Part shown: piece after piece, positions 8,021 to 11,436 of the stretch | Layout of the letters: each line of letters starts with the position of its first letter | Numbering within the stretch: the stretch's first letter is position 1 | Assembly: GCA_963709405.1 (NCBI GenBank) | Contig: CAVPXM010000074.1 | Span: forward strand, 1 to 11,436 | DNA length: 11,436 bases | Source of the DNA: an uncultured Nitrososphaerales archaeon | GTDB lineage: Archaea > Thermoproteota > Nitrososphaeria > Nitrososphaerales > Nitrososphaeraceae | Reading direction: 5' to 3' | The notes under the pieces: generated by a model | Seen by the model: only the letters and a program-made list of their open reading frames with translations | Databases searched by the model: none | What the model was told of the DNA's origin: nothing | Position numbers and translations under genes: made by a program

Positions 8021-8165
8021 CGTCTAAAAATCATGCGGTATATTCCGTACTATCACTAGAGATATTTCGCAGTTTAGTGGGTACAGAATGTACACACTTG
8101 GCGTACGTTGCATCGAGTGTAATGCAACCTATTACTCCTCCCCCTTTTACTTCATTCATGAATAA
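8010..8165 (+). pseudogene. Small Zn-ribbon protein gene with a stop at the first Cys position
   Basis: A GTG start overlapping the RHH 3' end gives MTDSV*KSCGIFRTITRDISQFSGYRMYTLGVRCIECNATYYSSPFYFIHE*. The pattern is (*)xxCG...CxxC with TAA at 8025-8027. Confidence 0.45.
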
Positions 8166-8503
8166 GGATGGTTGCGTTCTGCTTTGTCTGGTTTAGTGGT
8201 TGGTTGTTGTTGTTCTGACCCTATTATTTCGGCAGAGGACTAGCTATGAAATCAGCTGGAATTCAGTGATTTTAAATAGGAACCAGTGAAATTAAGCCGT
8301 CATTTTTCGTTGTGTCATTAGTATAAGAGAGGATAGTTCGATTAAGATAAAAATAGTGACTAGAAATAATGTCTGGTGCTGAATTTCAAGACTAGAATGT
8401 CGAGTACAATTTGTTTAGTTTGTTTTTGGACTTTATAAATTATTTGTGAAAATGCACGATATCGTCATGATTTGTTTCAGAATTTGAGTAATACATGCTT
8501 TAT

Positions 8504-10351
8504 TTATGGTAGTCCAAACGCAGCTATAGAATCCTCCTCCGTTGGCCGAACCCTTAGGCTGATTATTTTGAACCTTTCCAGTTGGTACAAAAAGCAATCC
8601 ATCACCGATAGATGCTCCAACTTGCCCTATGGGAGCTCGTAAGTCATATTCCCATAGTTTCTTTCCAGTTTCTTTATCCAAGGCTAAAATTATTCCATAA
8701 CTAGTCGTCCTCGCATGATTGGAACCCGTCTTTGTCTTTTCGCTGAATGGGATGTAACCGACGACGACGATATTGTTGGTAACTAGAGGAGAGACTCTTG
8801 GCGGAAATTCTGTTTGGTATTGCCATTTGATTTTTCCAGTTCTTAAATCCATGGCAACTATCGTTCCATTATGTAATCCGTCTTGTATGGTATGAGGTGC
8901 CGTTACCTTATGTCCGGCAATTCCATCTGTAAAATAATTTACGCCTCTATTTGTAGCAGAGATATAGATTGTGTTACTAACATTATCAACCGCATGATAG
9001 TTTGATATCCCATAAAACCAGATCATTCCACTACCATTTGATGAAGGTATTGAATCTGTATTGTATTGCCGCCCGATCGTCTTCCACCATATTTCTTTCC
9101 CTGTAATTGCATCCATTGCAATGATATTTCCCATCTTATCGTGTCCTATTACTATTTTCCTTTGTCTTCCATCGTCAAAGGTAACTTTGCTGATGCTACT
9201 TCCCCATGAGGTATCCCAATCATGTGTATCTGGGATTTTGACATTCAGAACCGTTCCATGTGCGATGAACGGTGTAGCCCATATTATTTTACCATTAGTT
9301 ACATTTAGAGCAACCATATGGTTTGAATAAAGGTTAGGCGTCTGCCTACTCGTCGCGTTAAAGTTTGGTGATGCACTTCCTAGAGGCATATAAATCGTTC
9401 CTGTTTCAGGATCGACCGAACCACCAGACCAATCGTTTGCTCCGGCGTTATAAGCAGGAGCAGAACGTGGATTCACCCATTCTCCTGTAGTAGTATGTAG
9501 ATCCCAAATCAGTTTACCATTTGTACTGTTAAGGGCAGTGATATTTCCTCTTATAGTTCACGACACCACTGGAACTGTCGTCATGACCAGCCGACCCCAC
9601 AATTACGTAATTTCTCCAAACAATTGGAAAAGAAGGAATATTATAGCCTACCTTAGGGTCACCCAGGGCTTGCGATCGCCAGATAATCTTGCCACTCGTA
9701 GCGTTAATTGCTAAAACATTAGCATTAAATGCCTGTACTTGCGTATATTATTCCCTTATTAAAGGTCAAACCCATAGTCGGACCATTTCCCACCCTAAGT
9801 TTCCAAAGCGATTCTCCTGTTTTTGCATCAAACGCTATCACAGTACCAGCATAATCCTGAACGTATCCTTTATTCCCAATAATTACAGGAGGATCTTGTA
9901 TTTCAGCATCATTAATTAATCTCCATTTAACGTGCAACATGGCTACATTATTTCTGTTAATTATTGTCTGAGGACTATCTCTGGTACCGTAGATATCATG
10001 ATTTACAGTTATCCAGTTATTAAGATCTCTTGCTTCTATACCGAGATCTGAGTCAGATGAGCCGCGAGATGTATCACTATTACGTTGCATTTTAGACACG
10101 GTTAAGTCAGAAGATATACTAATCACAGTTCCTTGCCGGCTTGTTATATCGATAGGTAGTGGTTGTTTGATTTGTTTTTGTTGCTGAATATGCTGCTGCA
10201 CGACTGACAACATATCAGGATTTTTTTCATTTGCTAATAATAGTACATTTGTATTAATTATTTGATACATTACTACATAAATCAGAATTGATATTAGCAA
10301 CAGAAACGCAAAATCATATTTTAGACCCAATCTATGTAAATAAGAAATCAT
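8504..10351 (-). CDS. PQQ-binding-like beta-propeller (quinoprotein dehydrogenase family), ~614 aa with N-terminal TM anchor; three frameshifts
   Basis: N-terminal motif NWITVNHDIYGTRDSPQTIINRNNVAMLHVKW, repeated AxDxxTGKxxW blades, and an HDWD motif. Removing one base at 9732-9733, 9557-9558 and 8530-8531 joins ORFs 9725..10351 and 8433..9476 through VLAINATSGKIIW..VIVGSAG..TIRGNITALNSTNGKLIW and restores a C-terminus GSIAAFGLP* (stop 8504-8506). Confidence 0.88.
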
Positions 10352-10560
10352 TCAATAATTTAGATATGTCGAGGTATTATTGATTCACTCATGCCAGTTT
10401 TGTAATTTAAGGTAAGCTAAAGTTTTTGACAGATACCCATGAGCCTTATAAGTTCCTGTCGCTTTCCTCATAATTCAGTTATTACATCTTACATTATATT
10501 GTTCGATAAGATTAAAAGTGTATAACATAGAATAAGTATATATTTAGGTAACAAAATGTC

Positions 10561-11436
10561 ATGTCAAAGTTAGCTCTAGTAAACCAGTTAATTGTAAATA
10601 GGAAGACGGCGACCGTAACTGGTTTTGCCATAATTTTCGTTGTAATTATCGATTTGCTCATGACACGTCAGATACTTGCGTATACCAACTACACCGAATT
10701 GCTTATGTTCATTTTGACTATAGTCATAGGATATGGAATAGGCTCTTGGATCCTTTTGGGATATACTGAGGATGTGAGTAAGGAGCTTAGAACCAATTCA
10801 CGTTTTATCAATTTGACACACTGGACCGTAGTGATAAGTCAGTTTTCGTTCTTAGGCATACTACTATTCATTCTTTTTAGCAATAATACTGGATTTTTGT
10901 CTCCTATAGTTTTTGCAGCTAGTTCCATATTAACGACCATAATCATGGGGATAATCACGTTGAAATTCTTTTCATGGTATAGATTAAGTAGTAACAAAAA
11001 GAATCTAACCCTCCTACTGTATGGGATTGCGGCATTAACGCTGGCAATGTCTATCGCAGAAGATGCAGCCACTAAATTATTAATGATTGAAGTAGTGCAG
11101 GAAAGATCAGCCCCAGGAGCTGTTCCAAAGTCATCTTTTCTATACAAACACTCTAACAAATATAACGCCGAAGTGGAGTACAAAGTAGTTAACCCAAGCA
11201 CTACCGTACTTTATTTACTGCCAAATTCAAACTTGATGTATTATAACCTCCTAAACTCGATTGTGCTTCCTATAGGGTTTGTATTCAGATGGTTGGCTTC
11301 TGTTGTCCTCCTACGAAATTTTTATCATGTATTAGGCAAGATTCCAGTGTGGTTTTGGATAATCCTTTCTCTACCTTTAATATTTTACTCCGTAGGCGGG
11401 AATATCCTTTTCGGAATACCATTTTTTATCGCGGCT
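10561..11436 (+). CDS. Multi-pass membrane protein (partial, runs off window)
   Basis: 292 codons with no stop (MSKLALVNQLIVNRKTATVTGFAIIFVVIIDLLM...GIPFFIAA). It has about 7 hydrophobic segments and a hydrophilic loop, and contains 'LKFFSWYR..KNLTLLLYGIA' as in recalled Nitrososphaeraceae membrane proteins. TATATA at 10537-10542 lies upstream. Confidence 0.85.
   Translation, partial: MSKLALVNQLIVNRKTATVTGFAIIFVVIIDLLMTRQILAYTNYTELLMFILTIVIGYGIGSWILLGYTEDVSKELRTNSRFINLTHWTVVISQFSFLGILLFILFSNNTGFLSPIVFAASSILTTIIMGIITLKFFSWYRLSSNKKNLTLLLYGIAALTLAMSIAEDAATKLLMIEVVQERSAPGAVPKSSFLYKHSNKYNAEVEYKVVNPSTTVLYLLPNSNLMYYNLLNSIVLPIGFVFRWLASVVLLRNFYHVLGKIPVWFWIILSLPLIFYSVGGNILFGIPFFIAA

Noticed and set aside
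9061-11201. ORFs 9061..9330 (+), 9689..9919 (+) and 10839..11201 (-)
   Set aside because: Antisense shadows of the propeller and membrane-protein genes.
1-11436. Alternative genetic code as an explanation for the many in-frame stops
   Set aside because: The internal stops are a mix of TAA, TAG and TGA that replace different residues and co-occur with frameshifts, and intact genes end in all three stop codons.
1-11436. CRISPR array, tRNA or rRNA
   Set aside because: No regularly spaced 23-47 bp repeats with unique spacers, and no cloverleaf or rRNA-like sequence seen.

Overview
AT-rich window from what looks like a soil ammonia-oxidising archaeon (Nitrososphaeraceae-like; inferred from recognisable protein families and archaeal TATA boxes). 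It is an accessory region full of decayed genes. Intact genes: a class I SAM methyltransferase, a CDGSH Fe-S protein, a DUF3467-like protein, a small 4-Cys secreted protein, an RHH-like protein, and a multi-pass membrane protein that runs off the right edge and is absent from the ORF track. Disrupted genes: an IS5-family transposase remnant with one terminal repeat, a DUF3303-like gene, a putative HTH gene with many stops, a Gly/Ser-repeat secreted protein, a Ser/Thr/Asp-rich secreted protein with one amber codon, a small Zn-ribbon gene, and a ~614-aa PQQ-type beta-propeller gene split by three single-base duplications that may be sequencing errors. The most unusual structure is the + strand cluster at ~6.5-8.2 kb, where three consecutive ORFs end in short tandem repeats that put stops in all three frames. 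One of these is a (GAAAT)6 tract that forms a chain of overlapping ATG-AAA-TGA mini-ORFs. No rRNA, tRNA or CRISPR array was seen. Family assignments come from recalled motifs, not database searches.
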